Source of the DNA: a virus
Lineage: Duplodnaviria > Heunggongvirae > Uroviricota > Caudoviricetes
Virus record (IMG/VR): IMGVR_UViG_2872152978_000002
DNA: 35,535 bases
Direction: 5' to 3' (one strand)
Positions 16,950 through 26,278 of the stretch are shown here, piece by piece. A program made the translations under genes and the position numbers. The notes under the pieces are model-generated. The model did no database searches, was not told where the DNA came from, and saw nothing but the letters and a program-made list of their open reading frames with translations. Positions within the stretch are counted from its first letter, which is position 1. The number at the start of each line of letters is the position of its first letter.

Positions 16950-18023
16950 ATGAGTACTTACTTTTTCTCGTCAGAAACAATGAAAGAATTGTTCAAAGAT
17001 TATCTGGTCTTTTTGAACACGCTGACTCCCGGCACAAACTTTGAATCAAGCAGAAACAAAATAATTGCTCAAGCAATAAACTTCATTTCCGAAAACCCTG
17101 AAGATTGGGACAAAAAATCCCAGTACAACATTGCTATGATTGGCGACACCTTTAAAAGTTTCTTAAGAGAAAAGGGAGAAGATAACAACAGCATCAACCT
17201 TATATTCACTTGCTTTTTTAGATTTATCATTGAACCAAGCATTCTCTCTCCGGAAATAGAGTCTCACTTTTCACCACTAAGAACCATCAAGGATTTTGCT
17301 CTGTATAACTATAATGAATTCGATGAGCGGAGCAGAGCACAGATAGACTTTTCTCTTAGAGAACTGCCATTAGCAATGGTTAAAGAAGTTTTAAGCTCCA
17401 GCAATGTTGACACATATAAAAAATACATTGATAGTTTAAACGAAGGGCGTCAATTTTTCGAAAAGTGCGACTCCTTCTTAAAGGAGCAACATGCCAAAAT
17501 AGAGTCAATCAAAGAGTCATTAAAAGGGTATGAGGTCGCATTTAATTTTGTTGGATTGTTTGAAGGCTTTAATTCACTTGGCAAAAAGAAAGAAAGTGAA
17601 ATCATGCTATCAAGAATAATTCTTATCATCTTGGCTATAATCATTCCCTCCCCGCTGATATACTATGGAATGCATAAATTACCAGCTCTCGAAACGACAA
17701 ATGCTGCCACATATTTTATGTCAGCACTACCTTTTGCATCAGTTACATTGATTTTCATGTATTACTTTAGAGTTGTACTGCTAAATCATATATCGTTACG
17801 AACTCAGATTATGCAAATAGAACTCAGAAAGAGCCTTTGTCAGTTCATTCAGAGTTATAGCGACTATTCCTCAGAGATAAGGAAAAACAATCCGGAAGCG
17901 CTTTCAAAATTCGAAGACGTAGTATTTTCAAACATCATGCTATCCGATGATAAGATACCATCTACATTTGATGGCATTGAGCAAATAGCATCGTTAATCA
18001 ATTCATTAAAAAATGGAAAGTAA
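16950..18023 (+). CDS. Hypothetical 2-TM membrane protein (~357 aa) at the P2 orf30 moron position
   Basis: AT-rich ORF divergent from V. Mostly helical N-terminal ~240 aa, then two hydrophobic helices (IILIILAIIIPSPLIYYG and YFMSALPFASVTLIFMYYFRVVLL) and a ~90-aa tail. Followed by an intrinsic terminator. Start codon uncertain (weak Shine-Dalgarno). Confidence 0.6.
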   Translation: MSTYFFSSETMKELFKDYLVFLNTLTPGTNFESSRNKIIAQAINFISENPEDWDKKSQYNIAMIGDTFKSFLREKGEDNNSINLIFTCFFRFIIEPSILSPEIESHFSPLRTIKDFALYNYNEFDERSRAQIDFSLRELPLAMVKEVLSSSNVDTYKKYIDSLNEGRQFFEKCDSFLKEQHAKIESIKESLKGYEVAFNFVGLFEGFNSLGKKKESEIMLSRIILIILAIIIPSPLIYYGMHKLPALETTNAATYFMSALPFASVTLIFMYYFRVVLLNHISLRTQIMQIELRKSLCQFIQSYSDYSSEIRKNNPEALSKFEDVVFSNIMLSDDKIPSTFDGIEQIASLINSLKNGK

Positions 18024-18027
18024 TGAT

Positions 18028-18058
18028 AAAAGGCCAATAACTGGCCTTTTATTTATTA
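18028..18058 (+). terminator. Intrinsic terminator after the orf30-position cargo gene
   Basis: AAAAGGCCA-ATAAC-TGGCCTTTT hairpin followed by ATTTATT, 5 nt after the stop codon. Confidence 0.65.
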
Positions 18059-18125
18059 ACATGAAAATTCAAAATAAATTATGCTAATCAATTGATTTCT
18101 ATCTTATATTCTCAGATGATTAAAG

Positions 18126-18578
18126 CTAACGATTCAGGTGAGCCAGGATAATCTCTTCAATCATCTGCACATCCTCACCGGTAAAGCCGAGCAGAGGACG
18201 CGCCGGATATTCAATTTTCTTACCGTCTTTCCGGGTTTCTTCCGACAGACCGAACTGATGCACACTGGCTATTTTCGGTGACTTCCCGCCGTAAAACTCC
18301 ATTGATGCCTGTTCAGAGCTGGCGCGGATATGCAAAAAACGACTGGTGATAAGTTTCGCAAACATTTTTCGCTTAACGCGACCGGTCTTTTTTCTGGCGC
18401 TCTGCTGCTGGCGTGGTGCGTAGGGTGTGCCGTCCGGGGCTTTCTGTGCCATCACCCGACGCTGCTGACTCTGACGCAGACGTTTCGCCAGTTCGGCGCT
18501 CAGTCGCCGACGCCCTGACGGTGACAGCGACTCAATCAGTCCGGTCAGCCTGTCTTCAAAACGCTTAAACTCATTCAT
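18126..18578 (-). CDS. S: Tail completion protein S, 150 aa
   Basis: 150-aa ORF downstream of R; P2 gpS length and position. Confidence 0.88.
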   Translation of the reverse strand: MNEFKRFEDRLTGLIESLSPSGRRRLSAELAKRLRQSQQRRVMAQKAPDGTPYAPRQQQSARKKTGRVKRKMFAKLITSRFLHIRASSEQASMEFYGGKSPKIASVHQFGLSEETRKDGKKIEYPARPLLGFTGEDVQMIEEIILAHLNR

Positions 18579-19038
18579 CCCACTTACTCACCAGTTCGCC
18601 ATTGATATAAAGCTCCATCGGGCGGGTGACCGGCTCCGGCGGCGGAGGTTCCGGGATATTCTTCACATGCAGCGCGCCGTCCACCTCACTGACCAGCGTG
18701 CGCTCGGTCAGCATCAGGCTGATGCTGATATCAAAGCTGCTGTCATTGTTGATGTCTGCATAAAACGTGAAGCCCTTTTTCTGGCCTTCGTCGGTGGTCA
18801 TGATGTCGGGCTGATTTTCCCGCAGCCACGCCAGCACCGGCACGATGAGCAGGTCAAAATCACCGGTAAAGTCGGTCACAATGACATTGAGCGTGTAACG
18901 CTTTTCGAACGACAGCGACGTCGCCAGTGTGGAGGCAATACTCCCGTTATCCACGAATATCCGCAGCATATCGGGGTTAGTTTTCAGCACCGTGACGGCA
19001 TCAGTCAGCGCCCTGCGCAGGCTGTCGGGTTTGAGCAT
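18571..19038 (-). CDS. R: Tail completion protein R, 155 aa
   Basis: 155-aa ORF between the lysis genes and S; P2 gpR length and position. Confidence 0.88.
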   Translation of the reverse strand: MLKPDSLRRALTDAVTVLKTNPDMLRIFVDNGSIASTLATSLSFEKRYTLNVIVTDFTGDFDLLIVPVLAWLRENQPDIMTTDEGQKKGFTFYADINNDSSFDISISLMLTERTLVSEVDGALHVKNIPEPPPPEPVTRPMELYINGELVSKWDE

Positions 19039-19291
19039 CGTTTTCGTCCTGACAGTGTTTAATCATTTTTACCTGGCTGGCACAGCGTGCCAGCGCGTTC
19101 TCAAGCTGCCGGATATCGGCACTTAAATCGCCGTTCTTCTGCGGGTCACTGCCCGGCATCGGGCAAAGGCTCACTTTCGGGCAGGCGTTGGCGACAATCA
19201 CTGGCGTCAGTGCAGGCCGGACGCTGGTGCAACCGGCGCACAGCATCAGGCAGGTCAGCGCCATACCAGCGGCGGAAATCCTCGTTTTCAT
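19001..19291 (-). CDS. lysC: LysC, Rz1-like outer-membrane lipoprotein spanin, 96 aa
   Basis: Out-of-frame ORF embedded in the 3' part of lysB; begins MKTRISAAGMALTCLMLCAGC (lipoprotein signal with lipobox Cys), Pro-rich. Confidence 0.6.
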   Translation of the reverse strand: MKTRISAAGMALTCLMLCAGCTSVRPALTPVIVANACPKVSLCPMPGSDPQKNGDLSADIRQLENALARCASQVKMIKHCQDENDAQTRQPAQGAD

Positions 19292-19571
19292 TAAGTAACC
19301 TCGTGATGGTTTTCTCGCGCAGTGCTTCACGCTTCGCGGCGTTCTCCAGTTCCTGACGCAGTGCCACCTGCGCCAGCTCGTTTTTGTCTGCCCTGGTGAG
19401 TGCAACATGAAGCTGATTTTTCAGCATGGTGATGGTCGTCTGCTGCCCGCTGGCGACGCTGTTCGCCCTGTCCAGTGAGGTGCGCAGGCTGGCATTTTCA
19501 TGCTTCACCAGAAACAGCCCCGGCACCGCCAGTGATAACAACACAACCAGCACAATCATCAGCTTTGACAT
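19146..19571 (-). CDS. lysB: LysB, Rz-like inner-membrane spanin, 141 aa
   Basis: N-terminal TM helix MSKLMIVLVVLLSLAVPGLFLV followed by a coiled-coil periplasmic domain; P2 LysB length and position. Confidence 0.8.
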   Translation of the reverse strand: MSKLMIVLVVLLSLAVPGLFLVKHENASLRTSLDRANSVASGQQTTITMLKNQLHVALTRADKNELAQVALRQELENAAKREALREKTITRLLNENEDFRRWYGADLPDAVRRLHQRPACTDASDCRQRLPESEPLPDAGQ

Positions 19572-19984
19572 GGTTCCCGCCCCTCAAAACGCTGACGGCA
19601 GGCCGTACGTATCAGCCGGAAGAACACCGACGCCACAAGATAAATCAGCGCGGTAAAAATCCACCCGGCAGCGACCAGCGCGATAAACGTCGCCACCATC
19701 ACCACCAGAGCCGCCGCCCGTCTGCGCCACGGCACCGGCTGCAAAAACAGCGACGTGACAATCTTCACGGCCAGCGATTCCGGCGGCAGCTCCCGCCCGT
19801 AGCGTTCCAGCACATACTCAGTGGCATACACCCCGACACCACCGGTAACCACACAGATAACCGTCGCCAGAATCGCCCAGGCGGCGACAAAATTGACGGC
19901 CACGCTCTGCGGGTAAATCAGGGACAGTGCCAGCATCAGCGCCAGCGACACGTTCAGCATCTGTGAAAGGGATAATTTCTTCAT
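19559..19984 (-). CDS. lysA: LysA lysis-timing membrane protein, 141 aa
   Basis: Multi-TM 141-aa protein immediately after endolysin K; P2 LysA length and position. Confidence 0.8.
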   Translation of the reverse strand: MKKLSLSQMLNVSLALMLALSLIYPQSVAVNFVAAWAILATVICVVTGGVGVYATEYVLERYGRELPPESLAVKIVTSLFLQPVPWRRRAAALVVMVATFIALVAAGWIFTALIYLVASVFFRLIRTACRQRFEGREPCQS

Positions 19985-19998
19985 GGTGTTTACTCCGT

Positions 19999-20496
19999 TT
20001 AAGCCGGTACGCCGCCAGCGGTACGCCAGACGGTGACCAGTTTTTCCAGTGAATGCTCACGCTGACCGTAACCGGCACCCGGCAGGGACGCCCAGATATT
20101 GCGACAGCGTGAAATGGCGCGCTCAATACGTCCCGCCCGGATGTCATCCAGCGCACCGCGTTCGCGGATCAACTGAATGGCGAGTCTGTCCTGTGACAAC
20201 GGACTGAAATCCGGCAGGGCAAGCTGTTTGCGGTAATGCGGCCAGAACAGGTAAAGCTGCTGATAGCGACCGGAGGCCGTGGATTTTTCACCGCGACGGT
20301 TAAACACCTTCGCCGGTCGGCCATGTGCGAACGGGTGGTCACTGTAGTCGGTGAAAATTTCCGGCTTTCCGTCCAGTCCGGTGACTATCACGTCATAGCC
20401 CCGGTTTTTCGTCAGCGGATGGTTCGCCGTCCCTTCGGACACGGCCAGCATGTCGAGAAAGGCGGCGATATTCTGATGCGTGTTAATAACCGGCAT
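19999..20496 (-). CDS. K: Endolysin K (lysozyme), 165 aa
   Basis: MPVINTHQNIAAFLDMLAVSEGTANHPLTKNRGYDVIV... matches P2 gpK. Confidence 0.9.
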   Translation of the reverse strand: MPVINTHQNIAAFLDMLAVSEGTANHPLTKNRGYDVIVTGLDGKPEIFTDYSDHPFAHGRPAKVFNRRGEKSTASGRYQQLYLFWPHYRKQLALPDFSPLSQDRLAIQLIRERGALDDIRAGRIERAISRCRNIWASLPGAGYGQREHSLEKLVTVWRTAGGVPA

Positions 20497-20777
20497 TACG
20501 GTTTCCCCCTGCCCTTAAAGCGGCGCTGAATGGCAATCTCAATCACCTGATAACCGGCGATACCCAGCATGGAGCCGATGCCGCACACCGCAGGCAATGA
20601 CAGGTCAGGAAACTGCACCAGAACAACACCGGCAACCATCGAGACAAAACCACCGAGCAACATGCGCCCGATAAACAGACGCGGGGTGATGGGTTCACCA
20701 CCGGCAAGCACCTTGCCGACAACAATCAGCACCCCAATCATGAAAAGCGACAGGACGCTTTTTTCTTCTGCTGTCAT
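20496..20777 (-). CDS. Y: Holin Y, 93 aa
   Basis: Small protein with TM helices directly upstream of K; P2 gpY length and position. Confidence 0.85.
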   Translation of the reverse strand: MTAEEKSVLSLFMIGVLIVVGKVLAGGEPITPRLFIGRMLLGGFVSMVAGVVLVQFPDLSLPAVCGIGSMLGIAGYQVIEIAIQRRFKGRGKP

Positions 20778-20780
20778 GCG

Positions 20781-20984
20781 TTACTCCCACAGATTGACAG
20801 TTTCAGCCACGGGCGCGGTCTGAACGTCGGGCAGTTCGACGGCGGTGCCGTGCGGCAGCACCGCGCCCAGTTCAGCCAGTCCCGGATTTGCGGCGAGCAC
20901 GGTCTCAACCACGCCCTCAGTGCGCCCGTAATACCGGACACAAATGGCGTCGAGCGTGTCGCCCTGTAGCGCAAAGGTCTTCAT
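20781..20984 (-). CDS. X: Tail protein X, 67 aa
   Basis: MKTFALQGDTLDAICVRYYGRTEGVVETVLAANPGL... matches P2 gpX; start trimmed to MKTF; overlaps the L stop by 1 nt. Confidence 0.85.
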   Translation of the reverse strand: MKTFALQGDTLDAICVRYYGRTEGVVETVLAANPGLAELGAVLPHGTAVELPDVQTAPVAETVNLWE

Positions 20985-21493
20985 CAGATTTGACTCACGA
21001 TGCAGCGCGGCTTGTCCTGGATGCGCGCCACCGCCCAGCGCATATCCCGCCACAGCTCATCAATGGTGCTGTCAATGCTGTCAGCCTTCTTGTCGCCTTT
21101 CGCACTGGCATCCACGCCGCGATAACGCTCATACAGCGACGCGGTCGCCATCGCACACACGGCGCGCTCGTAGTAAAAAACCCTGATGCTTTCACCGTCG
21201 ATGTCGTCCGCCGGGACGTCCGCCAGACGCGTAAAACCGGCGGCAATTTTCTGTTCGCGGTACTCGTACAGCTCCGCATTTGTTTCCGCCATGCCTGACT
21301 TGATGGCCTCACGCAGACGGGCGGGGGCGACAGTCTGCTCAAGGCGCATACGTTCCCGGACGCGCTTCGGGTCGATATCGGGAAAAAAGAACGTGTTTTT
21401 AATCACCGGCTCGTCGCCTGCCGGTTGCGGGATGACCACCGTACCCTCACCGGACACGGGAGCCTCCTTTCGCGGAATAATCAGCGTCATCAT
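20984..21493 (-). CDS. L: Head completion protein L, 169 aa
   Basis: Start trimmed to MMTLIIPRKEAP...; P2 gpL length and position. Confidence 0.85.
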   Translation of the reverse strand: MMTLIIPRKEAPVSGEGTVVIPQPAGDEPVIKNTFFFPDIDPKRVRERMRLEQTVAPARLREAIKSGMAETNAELYEYREQKIAAGFTRLADVPADDIDGESIRVFYYERAVCAMATASLYERYRGVDASAKGDKKADSIDSTIDELWRDMRWAVARIQDKPRCIVSQI

Positions 21494-21592
21494 GACTACC
21501 TCTGAAAAGTCGGGCGGTGGACGCCGGTGCAGTGTCAGATGATTCACCCTCACTGACCGGCGTGCCGCCCTGGCGCGGGGCGCATTCGGTTG

Positions 21593-22342
21593 TTAACTGG
21601 CTTTCTTTTTCGGGCGTCCACGTTTTGCCGGTGTCACGCTCCGGGTCTTACGCGGGGTACGGGTGGCCGCTTTTGGCTGCGGCTGCGGCTCCGGCTTCGG
21701 TTTCAGCTCCCGCTCCAGTCGTTCAATCTCTTTTTTGACGCCTGCCTGACAGTCGAGCTGTGTCGCACGTTGCAGGTGCGCCAGCGCACCGGCGGCATCA
21801 CCACCGTCACGCAGAAACAGACCGGTGATTTTGTGCAGCTTTGCGCGCACTTCATCAGGCATGTCAGCAGCGGCAGTCAGTTCAAGGGTCTCCGTCAGCA
21901 GGCGGGTATCCACAGACTCACCGGCAGCGTGGGCACGCATGGCCGCAAGCGCGACCTCCTCGGTGAACATGTACGGCGGGGTGCGGCGGTGTTTACCCGG
22001 CATGGTCAGACCGTACTTCAGGGCATAACGGGCAATCTCCAGCGCACCGGCAATATCGCCGGTATCCAGACGCCACAGCATGACCGTCATCAGAATGTCA
22101 TCCTGTGCACCTTTGCCCTGCTCCAGCACGCCGTTCACCCACGGCAACCAGAACGGCAGCAGTTCGCGTTTTTTCGCGGCCTTCAGCTCTTTTGAATAAA
22201 TCGCTTTCAGTGTGCGCTGGTCTGCGGCGAGCTTAACCAGCATCTGCTCATAGACAGTTGCATGTCGCAGCGGGGCGGCTTCCCGCTGCGCGGTCATCGC
22301 TGCCGAGACCCGCATCATGTGGCGCTGTGCGGGACTCGTCAT
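21593..22342 (-). CDS. M: Terminase endonuclease (small) subunit M, 249 aa
   Basis: P2 gpM position downstream of N; basic C-terminal tail. Confidence 0.85.
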   Translation of the reverse strand: MTSPAQRHMMRVSAAMTAQREAAPLRHATVYEQMLVKLAADQRTLKAIYSKELKAAKKRELLPFWLPWVNGVLEQGKGAQDDILMTVMLWRLDTGDIAGALEIARYALKYGLTMPGKHRRTPPYMFTEEVALAAMRAHAAGESVDTRLLTETLELTAAADMPDEVRAKLHKITGLFLRDGGDAAGALAHLQRATQLDCQAGVKKEIERLERELKPKPEPQPQPKAATRTPRKTRSVTPAKRGRPKKKAS

Positions 22343-22345
22343 CGG

Positions 22346-23419
22346 TTACGCTCCCGGCTCTGCGGTCGCTTTAGCCGGTGTGGAGAAGTCACCGACCTTG
22401 ATTTTTTCCACCAGACAACCGGCGGCGTAGTCTTCCACCACGTAATCAATGTTCATTGACTCGTAGTTCTCCACGCGGTCGAGTTTCGGGTTTTCCACAA
22501 TCACGCGGCGATGGCTGTCATCCATGTAGTAGATGGACAGGTTTTCCAGCTTCGTGATGAGCATCGCATCCGCCGGGAAGTACGGGACGCGCACTGCCGG
22601 CAGGTTACCGATGCGTTTCTGGCTGATGATGACGTCAGCGGCCAGCATCTCGCTGTTGTCCTGCTCCTTGTTGACGATGGGGAAATACTTGTCCGCCAGT
22701 AGCTGACGCCCCACAATCACCACAAGGTCAGGGTCTTCCTGATACCACGGCTCAATCAGGTTGTTGGTCGCATCCATCACCAGTGCATCGAGGCTGGCAT
22801 AATCACCGCCCTTACCCACGCGGATGACCTCAGAGGTCGTGTGACCTTCCTCGTCAGTAACCTTGCTCATCACGCGCGCCGGGGCTTCATTGCGGTATTT
22901 CTGCAGCCAGCCGACCGCCACATCCTGCAGCATCTGGTTACTGCTGCGGTCAGAGGTTTCGGCACGCCTCACGCCGTTAAAACCGGCCATGATTAAATCA
23001 AGGGACTGGCGTTTGATAATGGCGTTACGGACACGGAGCTGGAAATCCTGATAACGCGCCCACAGGTCCAGCGTTTTGTAGCGGATATAAAAATCGAAGT
23101 TAATCTGGTCGCATTCGTACTTGTTTGACGCCAGCTTCGAGAAGTCCTTCGGCTGACGCTCGGTGCCACCGGCGGTGTCGGTGGTGCTGGCGATGGAGCC
23201 GGTGACACCAATACCAATTTTTTCCCCTTTCATTTCGCTGACCGGCACAATGTTGATGCGGGTCAGAAAGTCAGAGGACTCCTGCATGGTGTTCATCAGG
23301 GTCTGGGTGACCGACGGTTCAACGGTGAATTTTTTCGACACATCACCGGCGTCGATGCCGTTCAGTTCGGCAACACGGGACAGGTAGGCATTAAATTTAA
23401 AGCGGGTTTCCTGGCGCAT
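22346..23419 (-). CDS. N: Major capsid protein N, 357 aa
   Basis: 357-aa ORF between O and M; P2 gpN length and position. Confidence 0.9.
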   Translation of the reverse strand: MRQETRFKFNAYLSRVAELNGIDAGDVSKKFTVEPSVTQTLMNTMQESSDFLTRINIVPVSEMKGEKIGIGVTGSIASTTDTAGGTERQPKDFSKLASNKYECDQINFDFYIRYKTLDLWARYQDFQLRVRNAIIKRQSLDLIMAGFNGVRRAETSDRSSNQMLQDVAVGWLQKYRNEAPARVMSKVTDEEGHTTSEVIRVGKGGDYASLDALVMDATNNLIEPWYQEDPDLVVIVGRQLLADKYFPIVNKEQDNSEMLAADVIISQKRIGNLPAVRVPYFPADAMLITKLENLSIYYMDDSHRRVIVENPKLDRVENYESMNIDYVVEDYAAGCLVEKIKVGDFSTPAKATAEPGA

Positions 23420-23477
23420 AGTTTTTCCTGAAATTAAGGGTTAATCGTGAAGGTTTTCCCGGACTGACTGACGCCGG

Positions 23478-24332
23478 TCAGCAGTTCGTCATCAGGGCGT
23501 CACCGCCACCACCGGTGGCCTTGCTGCGGCGCTGCTGGGTCAGACTTTCGGTGTTGTCGAGACTGTTTTTCAGGCGGCTGAATGCCTGACTGGTTTCATC
23601 CGCCCTGTCAGTCACCTCCTGCTTAAGTGCGGAAAAGGCGGTTTCCACCTCAGCGAGGCGCTGCTCAGTGGCGCTCAGTTTTTCCTGCACATGTTCAGCA
23701 ACAGCGGTCACCGCTTCATGCACGTCATTCAGACGGGCGTCATCGCTGGCCTGTTTGCGGCCAAAAATGGATTTCACCTTTTCGGTCAGGGCGGTGAACA
23801 CGGTTTCAGGCAGGTCTTCAAATTCCAGCTCAACGGGCGTTGCCACTGAAATCAGGTTTTCAGGGCTTAATTTGAAGCGGTTCAGGGGGTTGTGTTTTGC
23901 CGTGCGGCAGAATTCCAGGTATTCCGTGCCGAGGCTTGCCGGGTCATCGGTGACGGCCAGCCCCACCAGATAACATTTGCCGGTGTTGGCAAAGTTCGGC
24001 TGAATTTCCATTGAGGTGTAGACCTTCTGCGCGGCCTTGTTCATCGCGATAAGGTCATCGGTCGGGGTGATTTTCGCAAACAGCGCCCATTTGCCTTTCA
24101 GCGCCGAATCGTCATCAATCTTTTCGGCCTTCAGTTCGACCACATCGCCATAACGTTTAAAAATACCGTCAGGCAGGATGCCGCGCAGATGTTCCAGGTT
24201 AATGCGGCAACCGTAGACACGCGGGTCAAAGGTTTCGGCCATTTCCTGAATATCCTGCGCACTGATGACACGCCCGTCACAGGTGTCACCCTCAACGCCG
24301 ATACGAAAGAATTTTGAGACTTTTTTTGCCAT
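23478..24332 (-). CDS. O: Capsid scaffolding protein O, 284 aa
   Basis: Start trimmed to MAKKVSKFFRIGVEGDTCDGRVIS...; P2 gpO length and position, divergent from P. Confidence 0.88.
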   Translation of the reverse strand: MAKKVSKFFRIGVEGDTCDGRVISAQDIQEMAETFDPRVYGCRINLEHLRGILPDGIFKRYGDVVELKAEKIDDDSALKGKWALFAKITPTDDLIAMNKAAQKVYTSMEIQPNFANTGKCYLVGLAVTDDPASLGTEYLEFCRTAKHNPLNRFKLSPENLISVATPVELEFEDLPETVFTALTEKVKSIFGRKQASDDARLNDVHEAVTAVAEHVQEKLSATEQRLAEVETAFSALKQEVTDRADETSQAFSRLKNSLDNTESLTQQRRSKATGGGGDALMTNC

Positions 24333-24505
24333 TGTCAGGAGTCCTGAATAGTGATTAGAGGAGTCACATGTCGGCATCAGTTTCCCGACGATGCGCATCC
24401 TCCGCCATCAGTCCCGGATGGCTTATCACTGACACAACAGCACCTTAGCGAATCGCGGGGCGCGACTCAGTAGCCTTGCCGTGTATTCATCACGGCGAGG
24501 TATTC

Positions 24506-26278
24506 ATGACCATCACCACAGACACCACTCTTTTACACGACCCGCGTCGTCAGGCGGCGCTGCTGTACTGGCAGGGATTTTCCGTGCCGCAGATTGCCGC
24601 CATGTTGCAGATGAAACGCCCGACGGTGCAGAGCTGGAAGCAGCGCGACGGCTGGGACAGCGTTGCCCCCATCAGCCGTGTCGAAATGAGTCTGGAAGCG
24701 CGGCTGACCCAGCTCATCATCAAACCGCAGAAAACCGGCGGTGACTTCAAGGAAATTGACCTGCTCGGACGCCAGATTGAACGACTGGCACGGGTCAACC
24801 GTTACAGTCAGACCGGCAACGAGGCAGACCTTAATCCGAACGTCGCTAACCGCAACAAAGGCGGGCGTCGCAAACCGAAAAAGAATTTTTTCAGTGACGA
24901 GGCCATCGAAAAGCTGGAGCAGATTTTCTTTGAGCAGTCTTTCGACTATCAGTTGCACTGGTATCGCGCCGGGCTTGAGCACCGCATCCGCGATATCCTG
25001 AAATCCCGCCAGATTGGCGCGACGTTTTATTTTTCCCGCGAGGCGCTGCTGCGCGCCCTGAAAACCGGCCATAACCAGATTTTTCTGTCGGCCAGTAAAA
25101 CGCAGGCGTATGTGTTCCGTGAATACATCATCGCCTTTGCCCGTCTGGTTGACGTTGACCTTACCGGTGACCCGATTGTCCTGGGCAATAACGGCGCAAA
25201 ACTGATTTTTCTCGGCACCAACTCCAACACCGCACAGAGCCATAACGGCGACCTGTACGTCGATGAGATTTTCTGGATCCCGAATTTTCAGGTACTGCGT
25301 AAGGTGGCATCAGGTATGGCCTCACAGAGCCACCTGCGCTCGACCTATTTCTCCACCCCGTCCACGCTGGCGCACGACGCCTACCCGTTCTGGTCGGGTG
25401 AACTGTTCAACCGGGGACGCGCCAGCGCCGCCGAACGCGTGGAAATCGACGTCAGTCATAACGCCCTTGCCGGAGGTCTTCTCTGTGCGGACGGCCAGTG
25501 GCGGCAGATTGTCACCATTGAGGACGCCCTGAAAGGCGGCTGCACGCTGTTCGACATTGAGCAGCTCAAACGCGAAAACAGCGCCGACGATTTTAAAAAC
25601 CTGTTCATGTGTGAATTTGTTGACGACAAGGCATCGGTGTTCCCGTTCGAGGAGCTGCAACGCTGCATGGTCGACACGCTGGAAGAATGGGAAGACTATG
25701 CACCCTTTGCCGCCAATCCGTTCGGCTCCCGCCCGGTATGGATTGGTTACGACCCGTCACACCGTGGCGACAGTGCCGGATGCGTGGTGCTGGCACCGCC
25801 GGTGGTGGCCGGTGGCAAATTCAGAATACTTGAGCGTCACCAGTGGAAAGGCATGGACTTTGCCACCCAGGCTGAATCCATCCGCAAACTCACCGAAAAA
25901 TATAACGTCGAATACATCGGTATTGATGCCACCGGCCTCGGTGTCGGCGTGTTCCAGCTCGTGCGCTCGTTCTATCCTGCCGCGCGCGATATCCGCTACA
26001 CACCGGAAATGAAAACCGCAATGGTGCTCAAGGCAAAAGACGTTATCCGCCGTGGCTGTCTGGAATATGACGTCAGCGCCACCGACATCACCAGCTCGTT
26101 TATGGCTATCCGCAAGACCATGACCAGCAGCGGACGCATCGCCACCTATGAGGCCAGCCGCAGCGAGGAAGCCAGCCACGCCGACCTCGCCTGGGCGACC
26201 ATGCACGCCCTGTTAAATGAGCCACTCACCGCCGGTATCAGCACCCCGCTGACATCCACCATTCTGGAGTTTTACTGA
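24506..26278 (+). CDS. P: Terminase ATPase (large) subunit P, 590 aa
   Basis: Start trimmed to MTITTDTTLLHDPRRQAALLYWQGFSVPQIAAM...; P2 gpP length and position. Confidence 0.9.
   Translation: MTITTDTTLLHDPRRQAALLYWQGFSVPQIAAMLQMKRPTVQSWKQRDGWDSVAPISRVEMSLEARLTQLIIKPQKTGGDFKEIDLLGRQIERLARVNRYSQTGNEADLNPNVANRNKGGRRKPKKNFFSDEAIEKLEQIFFEQSFDYQLHWYRAGLEHRIRDILKSRQIGATFYFSREALLRALKTGHNQIFLSASKTQAYVFREYIIAFARLVDVDLTGDPIVLGNNGAKLIFLGTNSNTAQSHNGDLYVDEIFWIPNFQVLRKVASGMASQSHLRSTYFSTPSTLAHDAYPFWSGELFNRGRASAAERVEIDVSHNALAGGLLCADGQWRQIVTIEDALKGGCTLFDIEQLKRENSADDFKNLFMCEFVDDKASVFPFEELQRCMVDTLEEWEDYAPFAANPFGSRPVWIGYDPSHRGDSAGCVVLAPPVVAGGKFRILERHQWKGMDFATQAESIRKLTEKYNVEYIGIDATGLGVGVFQLVRSFYPAARDIRYTPEMKTAMVLKAKDVIRRGCLEYDVSATDITSSFMAIRKTMTSSGRIATYEASRSEEASHADLAWATMHALLNEPLTAGISTPLTSTILEFY

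Noticed and set aside
24399-24505. Ogr-dependent late promoters (TGT-N12-ACA dyad) in the O/P divergent region and upstream of V and FI
   Set aside because: I could not locate convincing TGT-N12-ACA elements by eye; late promoters are expected from P2 biology but are not supported here by specific sequence evidence.
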